Shown piece by piece: positions 20,729-31,291 of a stretch of 64,000 bases of DNA (within the stretch, counting starts at the first letter, position 1; each line of letters starts with the position of its first letter). The stretch is from an uncultured delta proteobacterium. GTDB lineage: Bacteria > Desulfobacterota > Binatia > DP-6. The notes beneath the pieces are model-generated. The model had not been told where the DNA came from and made no database searches. It saw only the letters and a program-made list of their open reading frames with translations. The stretch covers positions 1,728,001 through 1,792,000 of the forward strand of contig CAWFFN010000009.1 of NCBI GenBank assembly GCA_963815115.1. Direction: 5' to 3'. A program made the translations under genes and the position numbers.

Positions 20729-21622
20729 ATGCAGACCAAGGCCAACCTCGCGAGCCCGACCGGTTACGCGGGCATCGTGACCAAGGCGCCAGCGTGGCAC
20801 ACGTTCGTCGTCTTCGACATCCTCTTCAACAACCTGACCACCGGCCTGTTCCTGGTCGCGGCGGTCGGCGAGCTGGCCGCGCCGGCGACCTTCACGTCGG
20901 TGGCCACCTGGGCGTACCCGATCGCCCTCGCCCTGGTGCTCGCCGACCTCGCGTGCCTGGTGTTGGATCTCGGAGACCCGCTCCGGTTCCATCACATGCT
21001 GCGGGTGTTCAAGCCGAGTTCGCCGATGTCGCTCGGGACCTGGTGCCTGACGGGCTACGCGCTCGTCCTGAGCGTGATCGTCGCGGTCGAATTCGTCGCG
21101 GCGGCCGGGCGGGTGCCCGGCGGCCCGGCCACCGCGTGGTGGATCCACACGCTCGCGGTGGTCGCCGGGCTGCCGGTCGCGTTCGGGTCGGCGGCGTACA
21201 AGGGGGTGCTGTTCAGCACGACCGCCCAGCCGGGCTGGAAGGACGCCCGGTGGCTCGGCGCATACCTCGTGAATTCCGCCGTGACGCTCGGCGCAGCGCA
21301 ACTGCTCGTGATCGCTGCCCTGACGGGCGAGCCGCTGGCCGTCGCTGCGCTTCGTCCGGTCGTCGGGCTCCTCGTCGTGCTCAACCTGGTCGCGCTCGGT
21401 CTGCTGGTCGCCGACCTCTCTCCGCTGTTGTCCCGGCTCTACGCCCGCAGGGAGTTCGGGGTGGCCGGCCTCTTCGTATTGCTCGCCGGGGTCGTGATTC
21501 CGGTGGGCTCACTGCTCGCCGGCGTCGTCCCCGTGACCGCGTCCGTCGCGGCTGCATCCCTCATCCTGGCGAATCTCGGCGTCCGGGACGCGGTCGTTCG
21601 GTTGCCGCACGACGCCGCCTAG
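20729..21622 (+). CDS. NrfD/PsrC family membrane anchor subunit
   Basis: LVLDLGDPLRFHHMLRVFKPSSPMSLGTW and YKGVLFSTTAQPGW; multiple TM segments; directly follows fdhB. Confidence 0.88.
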   Translation: MQTKANLASPTGYAGIVTKAPAWHTFVVFDILFNNLTTGLFLVAAVGELAAPATFTSVATWAYPIALALVLADLACLVLDLGDPLRFHHMLRVFKPSSPMSLGTWCLTGYALVLSVIVAVEFVAAAGRVPGGPATAWWIHTLAVVAGLPVAFGSAAYKGVLFSTTAQPGWKDARWLGAYLVNSAVTLGAAQLLVIAALTGEPLAVAALRPVVGLLVVLNLVALGLLVADLSPLLSRLYARREFGVAGLFVLLAGVVIPVGSLLAGVVPVTASVAAASLILANLGVRDAVVRLPHDAA

Positions 21623-21749
21623 GGATCCCGGGGGAGGCTCGTCGGCTCGGCGCGCGTGTGCGAGGTGTGCGCGCTCCCCGCGCCCGGACGTCGGCACGTG
21701 ACGATCTCCGGCACGTCGGCGAGCAGAAGGCGCTCTTCGTCGATCATTC

Positions 21750-22199
21750 TCATCGGCGGGTCGCTTTGGCGCGATGGTAGGTGAGGGCGGCCGCGATGCA
21801 GCTGCGCAAGGCATCGGCCGGCACCACCTCGGCTTCATCGAACACGATGGCTCGGTTTCCCTCGAACTCGAGCTCCATCGGAAAGCGACGTCGGAACATC
21901 CCGACCAAGTTCGTCTGGCAGTGGAAGTACATTGCGTAGCGCCTCGGATCGGACGGCTTCCAGGCGATCCGCACGGTGCTCCCGCTCCGGCTCTTCGGGG
22001 TGAGGTACGCTGGCTCGCCCCACTTGAGCGCTTCCTCGAGCTCGCCCACGCCCTCGGTGGATGCCGCCGTGTCGAAGATGAGCTCGCGCAGGGCGAGGAG
22101 TCTGCGGCGCATGGGCGCCGGGTAGGCGGCGAATGCCCGCGCGACGGCGGCGTCCGCGAACGGCCTGCCGGGACGATCTCGACGCTTGGCGCGACGCAT
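21750..22199 (-). CDS. DUF1801 (YdhG-like) protein
   Basis: LRELIFDTA...LEEALKWGEPAY...YAMYFHCQTNLV...EGNRAI pattern. Confidence 0.8.
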   Translation of the reverse strand: MRRAKRRDRPGRPFADAAVARAFAAYPAPMRRRLLALRELIFDTAASTEGVGELEEALKWGEPAYLTPKSRSGSTVRIAWKPSDPRRYAMYFHCQTNLVGMFRRRFPMELEFEGNRAIVFDEAEVVPADALRSCIAAALTYHRAKATRR

Positions 22200-22250
22200 G
22201 CGAGCCCCATTGTCACCATGACCGGATCGAGACAACGCGCACGCATGCCG

Positions 22251-23984
22251 TCATCCGTGGTGATGCCGGTAGGGAGGAGCAGGCAGCGTCCCCGGCGCCT
22301 GCACCGGCGTGGCCAGGGGCACCGGCTGCGAGAACAGAGCCGTGCTGCTCGACGGCGTGCAGCCCTGCTGGGGCGCGAACCCCACCTGGCCGTGCTGGCG
22401 ATCGAAGACGGTGAGCAGGGTGTGCAGCGCGTTGGCTCCGATGATCGTCGGCGAGCTGCCGGCGCGTTCGATGCCGGAGCAGTAGTAGGCGTTCCCCTGC
22501 GTGTCGTCCTGGTGCAGGAGATACGACTCGGTGGCGGGAAGCTCGACGGTCACCGTCTTGCCCGTCGAGGAGGGGAACACCAGCGTGAGCGTCGGCAGCA
22601 TGGCATCGAGCTGGCCCTTCGTGAGGCCCTGGGACGGAAGAATGCAGGACGTCCCGGCGAAGAAGGACGGGCTGCCGAAGTTCTGCTGGAAGACGGGATG
22701 CGCCGCGACGGCCGTCGCGAGCGCCGAGAATGCCGCGTCCGGAAGGATGAGGGCGGTCGTGCCGATGTCGACGAGCGTGTCGCCGAAGGTCGCCGGCCCG
22801 ACGCCGAGACTGGTTCCTCCGACGCGCATGTCGGAGAGCGCGACGGCGTAGAACGGGCTCGCCGCGATCAGGGGCGTGAACAGGGGCGCAGCGGCGGCGA
22901 ACGCGGGGTCGTACCCGCCGAGCCACAGGCGGCCGCCCGATTCGCACAACTGCACGGCGAAGGCGTCGCCGAGCGTGCTCGTTCTCTCCAGGGTGTCGAG
23001 ATAGGAGCCTGTATCCGATACCGCCAGCGCCGCGCCTCCGAGGCCGATGATGCCCTGATAGGTGTCCGGGACGTTGACGAAGTTGCACGCGGCCGGGACG
23101 AAGAACTTGTGCTGCGACGTGATGGCCACGAAGGGCAAGAGCACGGCGTTCGCGGCCAGCGACACGCTGTCGCGGAAGACGGTTCCCGACCAGCTCGAGC
23201 CGTCGCCGAAGGTCTCCGACCTCGTGAGGCCGAGGCCGACCGCAGTGGGGCCCGGAGCATAGAGCGGAGACACGCCAGCCCCCGCGCAGCCCGTGCATGC
23301 GGTCGCCGCCACCCCGAGCGTGGTCGATCCGGAGTCGACGATGAGAGCGAAGGCCTGTGCCCCGATGGTGACCGCCGCCACGTAGCCAGACGACGCGCAT
23401 CCGGCCAGGGAGACGGTGGGCAGCGAGGACGGCAGCGTCGTCGTGGTGGTGGCCGGACCCATCGACGACGTGGTGCTGCGCGGTGCGGTGACGGTCGTGG
23501 TGGTCGTGGACGTCGCCGCTCCCGCACACGTGGCGTCGGCGGCGCAGGCGTCGGCCGTGCCGAACCGGCCCAGCGCGGCGCCGCACGCGCTGCCCTTCCT
23601 GCATGCGGCCGGCGAGCCGACGATCGTCGCCTTCACACTGCCGTTCCTCCTCAGCACGCAGCACACGGCGGCGTTGGGCTTCCCGCAGATGGATGCACGT
23701 TCACACTGCCGGACCAGGGCACGACACCGTCTCTCGGGAAGCAGAGCCGTGAGATTGGAAAGCTTCAGGGTCCTCCTCACGCACTTCCTGTACTGCTCGT
23801 GCGTCTCGCCCTGGCGGGTGCAGCCACAGGTGCTCTGGAGGAAGGCCCGTGCGTTCTCGATCGACGCCGCGTCGGTACACCGCGCGTCGACGCACGTCGC
23901 GACCGCCGGGGAGACGGTCGCGCAGAGCAGCAGAGCGACCATCGTCCCGGCAGCCGCGCCGCGCCCTGCCGCAGCGTCTCGCAT
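22251..23984 (-). CDS. Secreted pepsin-like aspartic protease (MEROPS A1) with N-terminal Cys-rich domain and Thr-rich linker
   Basis: LIVDSGS and LVDIGT catalytic motifs; GIIGLG and TIIG psi-loops; VFDRQHGQVGFA C-terminus; signal-like N-terminus. Confidence 0.85.
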   Translation of the reverse strand: MRDAAAGRGAAAGTMVALLLCATVSPAVATCVDARCTDAASIENARAFLQSTCGCTRQGETHEQYRKCVRRTLKLSNLTALLPERRCRALVRQCERASICGKPNAAVCCVLRRNGSVKATIVGSPAACRKGSACGAALGRFGTADACAADATCAGAATSTTTTTVTAPRSTTSSMGPATTTTTLPSSLPTVSLAGCASSGYVAAVTIGAQAFALIVDSGSTTLGVAATACTGCAGAGVSPLYAPGPTAVGLGLTRSETFGDGSSWSGTVFRDSVSLAANAVLLPFVAITSQHKFFVPAACNFVNVPDTYQGIIGLGGAALAVSDTGSYLDTLERTSTLGDAFAVQLCESGGRLWLGGYDPAFAAAAPLFTPLIAASPFYAVALSDMRVGGTSLGVGPATFGDTLVDIGTTALILPDAAFSALATAVAAHPVFQQNFGSPSFFAGTSCILPSQGLTKGQLDAMLPTLTLVFPSSTGKTVTVELPATESYLLHQDDTQGNAYYCSGIERAGSSPTIIGANALHTLLTVFDRQHGQVGFAPQQGCTPSSSTALFSQPVPLATPVQAPGTLPAPPYRHHHG

Positions 23985-24206
23985 CCGGCGCACCGTAGCA
24001 CATGGAGTGGAACGGAGCCCTGCGACCGCGCAGCCCGGGCGCCACTCCGCGCTGCCACTCGCGGGAACATGCAAACGCGCCCGTGCAGCGGCGGCGTGAT
24101 CCAGGTACGGCCGGCGAACGTCGCCGTACCCGCACCCGCGGCGCGGCCACCGGGGGGCGAACCCGCCACGTTGATTCGCGCGCCGCTCTTCGGCATTGCG
24201 CCTTCG

Positions 24207-25322
24207 ATGCGTGTCGCGGACCTCGTCGGCTACCCGGCCATCGTGCTCGCGTTCCTGAGTCACCACCTGATCGCCGGCGGACCGTGGGAGCCCGAGATCA
24301 CCTTCACCCTGGCGGCGATCGGTGTGATCCCCCTGGCCCATCTCATGGGCGAAGCCACCGAGGAGCTCGCCGCGCGCGTCGGGCCGACCTGGGGCGGTCT
24401 CCTGAACGCCACCTTCGGCAACGCCGCGGAGCTGATCATCGGCGTCATCGCGCTGATGAAGGGCCTGAACGACGTGGTGAAGGCGTCGCTCACCGGATCG
24501 ATCCTGGGCAACCTGCTGCTGGTGGCGGGTGGAGCGATGCTGGTGGGCGGCTGGAACCGGGACCAGCAGAAGTTCAACCCGAACGCCGCCGAGGCGAACG
24601 CGGGTCTGCTCACCATCGCCGTCGCCGCCATGCTGACTCCCGCCATCTTCCACTTCACGGCCGAGCACATGCACGATCGCCATCTCGGGGAGCACGAGCT
24701 CGGGGTGTCGCTCGGCACGAGCGTCATCCTGCTCGCGATCTACGCTCTCGGGCTCCTCTTCAGCCTCCGCACCCACAAGCATCTCTTCTGCACGGCACCG
24801 CGTGGTGGCGCGCAGCGCGGTAGAGGCTGGGGAGTGCAGCGCTCCGTGATGACCCTGCTCGTCGCGTCGCTCGGGGTCGCCCTGGTCGCGGAGCTGCTCG
24901 TCGGCTCGGCCGCGGCCGTCGCGGAGGGCCTGGGGTGGAGCCCGGTGTTCGTGGGCGTGATCCTCCTGGCCATCATCGGGAATGCGGCCGAGCATTCCAC
25001 CGCGCTCCGGCTGGCGCATGCAGACGATATGGACACCGCGCTGACCATCACGTACCAGAGCAGCCTCCAGATCGCGCTCTTCGTGACCCCGGTGCTGGTG
25101 TTCGTGAGCGTGCTCCTGGAGGCGTTCGCGGGCGGCGGCTCGGGCCACCTCGACCTGGTCTTCACGCCCCTCGAGGTCGTGTCGGTGATGCTCACCGTGT
25201 CGACCGTGGTCGTGCTGCTCGGCGACGGCCGGACCAACTGGTTCGAAGGTACGTTGCTGCTCGGGCTCTATCTGATCCTCGGCGTCGCCTTCTTCTTCAT
25301 GCCCGCGCCGGCGGTGCCCTGA
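24207..25322 (+). CDS. Ca2+/H+ antiporter (CAX/ChaA family)
   Basis: GGLLNATFGNAAELII, GSILGNLLLV and IIGNAAEH alpha repeats. Confidence 0.92.
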   Translation: MRVADLVGYPAIVLAFLSHHLIAGGPWEPEITFTLAAIGVIPLAHLMGEATEELAARVGPTWGGLLNATFGNAAELIIGVIALMKGLNDVVKASLTGSILGNLLLVAGGAMLVGGWNRDQQKFNPNAAEANAGLLTIAVAAMLTPAIFHFTAEHMHDRHLGEHELGVSLGTSVILLAIYALGLLFSLRTHKHLFCTAPRGGAQRGRGWGVQRSVMTLLVASLGVALVAELLVGSAAAVAEGLGWSPVFVGVILLAIIGNAAEHSTALRLAHADDMDTALTITYQSSLQIALFVTPVLVFVSVLLEAFAGGGSGHLDLVFTPLEVVSVMLTVSTVVVLLGDGRTNWFEGTLLLGLYLILGVAFFFMPAPAVP

Positions 25323-25415
25323 CCGCCATCCCGCTCCCCGGGGGGTCTCGATTGATCGGAACTCGCGCGGACGCCGTCTGGCCATGACCCGAATCCGCGG
25401 CTAAGGCTTTCAGCC

Positions 25416-26402
<987 letters not shown>

Positions 26403-26556
26403 ATGCTGACGCGCCTCCGCGAGGCGCGGTGCGGGTCACGGCGGTCGCGGGCTGCACCCGGGCGGAGGTACGCCCCGGGCGAGCTTCCGCTGATCGACGG
26501 GCCGGAACCCGAGCACCTTGCGGGCGAGAGCGGCGCCCTGGTAGGCCTCACGCGGC

Positions 26557-27204
26557 ATGCGAGCCTCGATGCTGGTCGCCCTCGTCCTCGCCGCGACCGT
26601 GCTCATCCCGTTGCCGGCTCGCGCCGAGCGCAAGGCGGTCTGCCTGCGCGAGTGCCGCACCGGCATCGCCGCATGCGCCGCCTGGCACGCGCCGATCAAG
26701 CGCCGCAGGGCCAAGCACATCTGCACCCGCGAGCTCATCCCGGGGTGCATCCGCGACGGCGTGGTCGAGTGCGAGCGTGCACCCCACTATCGCGGCACGT
26801 ACGCGTTCACCGGTGAGCTCGCCGGGACGACCTGTACCAGCTACCCGCCCGGCTTCTCGGTGGACCAGCAGTCGTTCGGGTTCACGGTGCACGACCGTTT
26901 TCGTGACGACCTCGACGTCACCATCTACGGGGACGACCTCATCGAGGACCATGGCAAGGGCGCGACGCTGCCCTGGTCGGTCGGCGACGAGGACGGGAAC
27001 TGCTGGCACGGCGACCCGAGCGGCGACTTTTGCGCCGGCGGGCGCCTCGAGGTCTACGGCCCCCCGCCGCGCAGCGCGATTTCGCCGCGCCCCGCGGCGA
27101 CGCTCTTCAGCGTGCTCAGCGTGTACCGGCCAGAGCCGAGCACGTGTACGCTCAGCTGGACGGGTGAGCTGGAGTACGTGCCGCCCCTCGAGGCGGCCGA
27201 GTGA
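26557..27204 (+). CDS. Secreted hypothetical protein with Cys-rich N-terminal module
   Basis: Signal peptide MRASMLVALVLAATVLIPLPARA followed by 6 Cys within about 45 aa; GC3-rich codon use. Confidence 0.6.
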   Translation: MRASMLVALVLAATVLIPLPARAERKAVCLRECRTGIAACAAWHAPIKRRRAKHICTRELIPGCIRDGVVECERAPHYRGTYAFTGELAGTTCTSYPPGFSVDQQSFGFTVHDRFRDDLDVTIYGDDLIEDHGKGATLPWSVGDEDGNCWHGDPSGDFCAGGRLEVYGPPPRSAISPRPAATLFSVLSVYRPEPSTCTLSWTGELEYVPPLEAAE

Positions 27205-27244
27205 GCCGGCGCCGCGCTCTCCCCGTTCCGCATCAGCGCAGCGC

Positions 27245-27338
27245 TGACCGGGTCGATCAGCACCAGGGCCGCAGCGCGGACTTTCGCCGGATTGAGATCG
27301 GCGCGGGCGAGCTGCAGCAGAGTCTTGGGCGAGGTCAT
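27245..27338 (-). pseudogene. 5' fragment of an isochorismatase/cysteine hydrolase gene
   Basis: MTSPKTLLQLARADLNPAKVRAAALVLID resembles the N-terminus of this family up to the catalytic Asp; similarity then stops. AAGGA RBS upstream. Confidence 0.45.
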
Positions 27339-27433
27339 GGTCCGTCCTTTGGGTTCCGGATTGTTCTGCGTCGAACGGTCCAGAGCGGTGTGACACTTGA
27401 ATCACCCGGCGCGGTGCGCGAAGCAACATCGCC

Positions 27434-27919
27434 ATGGGCATCGAGATCAACGGCATCGCGCACATCCAGCTCACGGTGCGGGACGCGGCCTGCATCCCGT
27501 TCTGGGAGAAGCTGTGCCACTTCCTCGACATGAAGACGCTGATCAACGCCGACGAGATCGTCTACTGCATCGGGGGTCGCACCGGGATCCTCGTGCGCGC
27601 CGATCAGGAGGCGAAGGACCGGGGAGCCTTCGATCAGCGGCGCGCGGGGCTGCACCATCTGTGCTTCCGCGCGCGACGACGCGAGGACGTCGATGCGGTC
27701 CACGCCTTCGTCGTCGACGAGCTGGGTGCGAAGGTCGTGCACCCGCCCGAGGACGGCGGGTTCGCTCCCGGCTACTACTCGGTCCTCTTCGAAGATCCCG
27801 AAGGCATCCGGATCGAGGTGAACTTCGTGCCCGGGAAGGGCCATTTCGGATCGGAAGGCCGGCTCGGTCCGGGCGGCGAAGGGGCGGCCGGCAAGCTCAC
27901 CGAGGACGGTTTGAAGTAG
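27434..27919 (+). CDS. VOC/glyoxalase family protein
   Basis: GIAHIQLTV...GLHHLCFRA...GYYSVLFEDPEGIRIEV. Confidence 0.9.
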   Translation: MGIEINGIAHIQLTVRDAACIPFWEKLCHFLDMKTLINADEIVYCIGGRTGILVRADQEAKDRGAFDQRRAGLHHLCFRARRREDVDAVHAFVVDELGAKVVHPPEDGGFAPGYYSVLFEDPEGIRIEVNFVPGKGHFGSEGRLGPGGEGAAGKLTEDGLK

Positions 27920-28118
27920 CGAGCTCTGGGTACCCGATACGCGATCGTCGAAATTTGCCACCCAGGCATCGCGGCAGTCGCGGCTCGTCGCGTCGAGCCG
28001 GTACGCGTCCGAGGATCAGGCGTTCATCGACGCGCTGTCTTCGGAGGGATGAGTGACCCGCGGGGAGGTGCGTCGTTGCCTCACCGACCGCGCGCGCGAA
28101 GCGCGGCGCGCGCCGCCG

Positions 28119-31019
28119 TCATGGCCCCTGGCCTGCGAAGGCCGCGAGCTGCAGGAGCCACGTGCCGGAGCTGAGCGACGCCGTGGCGGTGTAGCTTCCG
28201 GCCGTCGGCGCCTGCGCGTCCGCCACGAGATCGCCGTCGGGCGCGGTGACGACCCGGCTGGTGAAGCCGGGGCCCGGCGCGGTGAAGGTCGCACCGGTCA
28301 TGCCCGCCGCGAACAGCAGCTCGGATGCCGCTGCCGTCGTGAGCGAGCCGCTGCTCGCGGCGGAGCCGGCGCCCGATGCCGACGTGCCGGCGTCGAAGGG
28401 AGCGGTCGTGCGCAGGCCCGAGTACTCGGTGACGCGAAGATCGACGAAGACGGCGGGCTGGGAGAACGTCACGGTCACCGCGTTGCCGCCCGCCGGAGCC
28501 GCGGCGATGCTCGCGGCGTAGTAGATCGCCTGGCTCAACCCGTTGCCGCGGAACGTCGGGATGGCCGGTTGGTACAGGTTGCCGGCGGTGTCGGTCACCG
28601 AGGCGATCACGGACGTGGTGTCGTTCCAGCCGATGGCGACGATGTTGGTGTCGCCGGTGGTCTCGGCGCCGGCATAGGTGGCGGAGACCACGCTCTGCGG
28701 AGTCTGCGGGGTGGCGTACCCCTGCTGGACGAAGGCGGGTCCAGGCGGCGCGGTCGATGCGACGAGAGTGCCCGACGGGGCCGACACGTTGTGCGAGTAG
28801 TCGAAGGCCGCGACGGTGTAGGAGTACGAGGTGAGCGGCGTCAGGCCGGTATCGGCATACGTCGTCGCCGCCGTCGTCCGGACGAGGGTCCCGTTCCGGA
28901 AGACCTGGTAGCCCGCGACACCGACGTCGTCGGTCGAAGCCGACCACGAGACCGTGATCTGTGAGGACGAGATCGCGGAGGCCTCGAGTCCGGTAGGGAT
29001 CGACGGCGGGTGCGTGTCCGGCGGAACCCCGGTGGCTTCCAGGACCAGCACCCAGTCGCCGTCGCCGTCACCGTTGCTTCCCGGAGGCGTGAAGGTGCGC
29101 GTGCCGGCGTTCGCGAGCGGCGAACCGGGGATCGCGGTGAAGGTCCCGTTCGCCGGGTCGTACCACGACGCGTACGCCGGCCCGGCGAGGCGCGACATGG
29201 CGACGGTGATCGTGCGCACGGTGGGCATGTAGGCCATCACGAGCGCGCCGTCCGGGGTGCGCGCGGCGGTGAGGTAGTCGTTGTCGCCGAGAGCGCCGCC
29301 GTCGGCGAATGTACCGAACCCCGCGGTCACGACGGTGTGGCTCTGATCGGGGACGAGGTCGAACCATCGACGCGACGCGAACAGGAACTTCACGTAGCCC
29401 ATCTGGAGCGATCCGGGCGTATCCAGATGGCTCTGCCAGCCGCTGATGAACGGCCAGGTGTAGCGGTTGCCGTAGAGCTGGCCGGCGGCGCCGCTGAGCA
29501 GGGTCCAGTATTCCTGGCGCCGCAGGATGTTCGGCGTGCCCTCGTCGGCGGCGTTGTGCTCGAACTCGTAGTTCGCCTCGACCAGGAACGTCGGGACGAT
29601 GTCCGGGCGGTCGTAGTCGGCCAGCACCTGCGCATACGTCGGATAGTAGGTGTACGACGCGTTCAGCTGGATCAGCGGCGCCCAGGTGGGGTCGTCGAGC
29701 GAGCCGCTGACGGGATAGTCGAGCTCCACCGTGTGGATGTGACGGTCGTCCCTGTCCTGGATGCCGCGGGCGACCGCCTGCACCACCGCGTCGTCGCCCG
29801 GATTCGGCCAGCTCTGGAAGTCGTTGCCGCTCATCCAGACGATGTTGTCGACGTTGCGATACCTGCTGCCGAGGTACCGCCCGTAGTCGCGCGACTTCGC
29901 CACGCCGTTGCTGCCGAGGACGCTCAGCCAGCTACCCGTCTCGGCAGGATCGAGGAACACCGTGAGCCCGTGCTGCGCCGCGAGGGCGAGCATGTCGTCG
30001 ACGCGTGTGAAGTAAGCCTCGTTGGGCGTCGAGAGATCGCCGTCCGTCGTGAACGGGACGATGCCGTCGTACGTGCTGCCGTCGGGGCGCCCCCCGGTGT
30101 AGGTGGCGCACAGCAGGTTGATCCACACCGCGTTGAAGCCCGCCGCCTGGCGGTCGGCGAAGAACGAGTCGGCCTCCGCCTCCGAGAGGTTGACCATCAG
30201 CGCCTGGGGAGAATCGCCGGTGATGAGGAACGGCACGCCCTGCTGATCGACCAGGTAGCGACCGGTCGGGCCGACCTGCAGCGGATAGGCCGTCGGCGGC
30301 GGCGGCGTGGTCCCGGCCGTCCTGAAGGCGACCAGCTGCATCACCCACGCCGTGCCCTTCTGCGTCGCGGTGAGCTCGTGGGGGCCGGCCCCGGCGGCGG
30401 CCTCCTCGGCGGTCACGTTGCCGTACTTGCCGAGCCGTTTCTTGAAACCCCGGGTGAGCCGTCCGATGGATTTGCCGTTCGACTCGCCGCCCGCAAACAG
30501 CAGGTCGCCGGTGCCTGCGGTGGTGAGGACGCCACTGCCCATCGTGGGCGACGACCCGGACGCCGCCACCGCGCCCTCGAGCGGCGCGGTGCGGTCGAGA
30601 CCCGCGTACTCGTGAACGTAGAGCACGCCACGCGTGCTGATCGCGGTCGCGAAGTGGGCGGTCACCGTGTCGGGGCCGCCCGCGATGCTCGTGGCGTAGA
30701 AGATCTGCGCGCTGGACGCGTCGCCTGTCGCCTGCGTCGGGCCGATGGCGCTCGCGAACGTGTCGCCTGCGCTGTCGCTGACCGACACGGATCCCGCGTT
30801 GTCCCAGACGACGTAGGCGACGATCAGGTTGCCGGCGGTGGTCGGCTTCTTGAAGGTCACGCCGACGCTGCCACCCGAGATCACCCGGAAGTATCTCTTC
30901 TGGATCAGCATCCGCTTGGTGGCCGCGCCGGCCGGAAGCGGTGCGGCACTCAGCGCCGCCAGGCTGGCCGCCAGCAGGTACGTGCCGACCCCGAACCGTC
31001 CTGATCGTGGAGTGTCCAT
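28119..31019 (-). CDS. Secreted DUF4038 (apiosidase/GH140-like) glycoside hydrolase with FN3 and duplicated beta-rich terminal domains
   Basis: GRYLVDQQGVPFLITGDS, NEAYFTRVD, NIVWMSGND, PTFLVEANYE, WYDPANG...DWVLVL; FN3 motif VSWSASTDDVGVAGY. Confidence 0.8.
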   Translation of the reverse strand: MDTPRSGRFGVGTYLLAASLAALSAAPLPAGAATKRMLIQKRYFRVISGGSVGVTFKKPTTAGNLIVAYVVWDNAGSVSVSDSAGDTFASAIGPTQATGDASSAQIFYATSIAGGPDTVTAHFATAISTRGVLYVHEYAGLDRTAPLEGAVAASGSSPTMGSGVLTTAGTGDLLFAGGESNGKSIGRLTRGFKKRLGKYGNVTAEEAAAGAGPHELTATQKGTAWVMQLVAFRTAGTTPPPPTAYPLQVGPTGRYLVDQQGVPFLITGDSPQALMVNLSEAEADSFFADRQAAGFNAVWINLLCATYTGGRPDGSTYDGIVPFTTDGDLSTPNEAYFTRVDDMLALAAQHGLTVFLDPAETGSWLSVLGSNGVAKSRDYGRYLGSRYRNVDNIVWMSGNDFQSWPNPGDDAVVQAVARGIQDRDDRHIHTVELDYPVSGSLDDPTWAPLIQLNASYTYYPTYAQVLADYDRPDIVPTFLVEANYEFEHNAADEGTPNILRRQEYWTLLSGAAGQLYGNRYTWPFISGWQSHLDTPGSLQMGYVKFLFASRRWFDLVPDQSHTVVTAGFGTFADGGALGDNDYLTAARTPDGALVMAYMPTVRTITVAMSRLAGPAYASWYDPANGTFTAIPGSPLANAGTRTFTPPGSNGDGDGDWVLVLEATGVPPDTHPPSIPTGLEASAISSSQITVSWSASTDDVGVAGYQVFRNGTLVRTTAATTYADTGLTPLTSYSYTVAAFDYSHNVSAPSGTLVASTAPPGPAFVQQGYATPQTPQSVVSATYAGAETTGDTNIVAIGWNDTTSVIASVTDTAGNLYQPAIPTFRGNGLSQAIYYAASIAAAPAGGNAVTVTFSQPAVFVDLRVTEYSGLRTTAPFDAGTSASGAGSAASSGSLTTAAASELLFAAGMTGATFTAPGPGFTSRVVTAPDGDLVADAQAPTAGSYTATASLSSGTWLLQLAAFAGQGP

Positions 31020-31234
31020 CGTGTCGCCCCCCATCGGTCGTCGACTCGCCGCGACAGTCTATCTCACCCGATGTCGCGATTCGCCGCCAGGGATGACCTT
31101 ACCCGAGCGGCGACGGCCGCCGTCGCGGTTCAGCGCGGGACGGGTGGGGCAAAGTGCCACGCGATGCGCGCCGGACCGCCCCAGGCTCTCGCCTGGAGGG
31201 AGTGCAACTCCAGCGACGCCATGGGACCCGTCGC

Positions 31235-31250
31235 TGGCATCTCCGTTGCA
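31235..31250 (+). promoter_or_regulatory. Putative sigma54 promoter upstream of the dltD-like gene
   Basis: TGGCATCTCCGTTGCA is a near-consensus TGGCAC-N5-TTGCW, about 40 nt before ATG 31292. Confidence 0.65.
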
Positions 31251-31291
31251 CCCGGGACATCGGCGGAGGTCGCGCGGAAGAAGCGCGGGGG

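Noticed and set aside
5561-25385. Very long ORFs in the track (5561-9286, the 5' parts of 9710-12265, 21774-25322 and 22251-25385, and other Arg/Ala/Pro-rich frames)
   Set aside because: These are shadow or antisense frames of real genes in high-GC DNA; only the motif-bearing portions were kept, with corrected starts.
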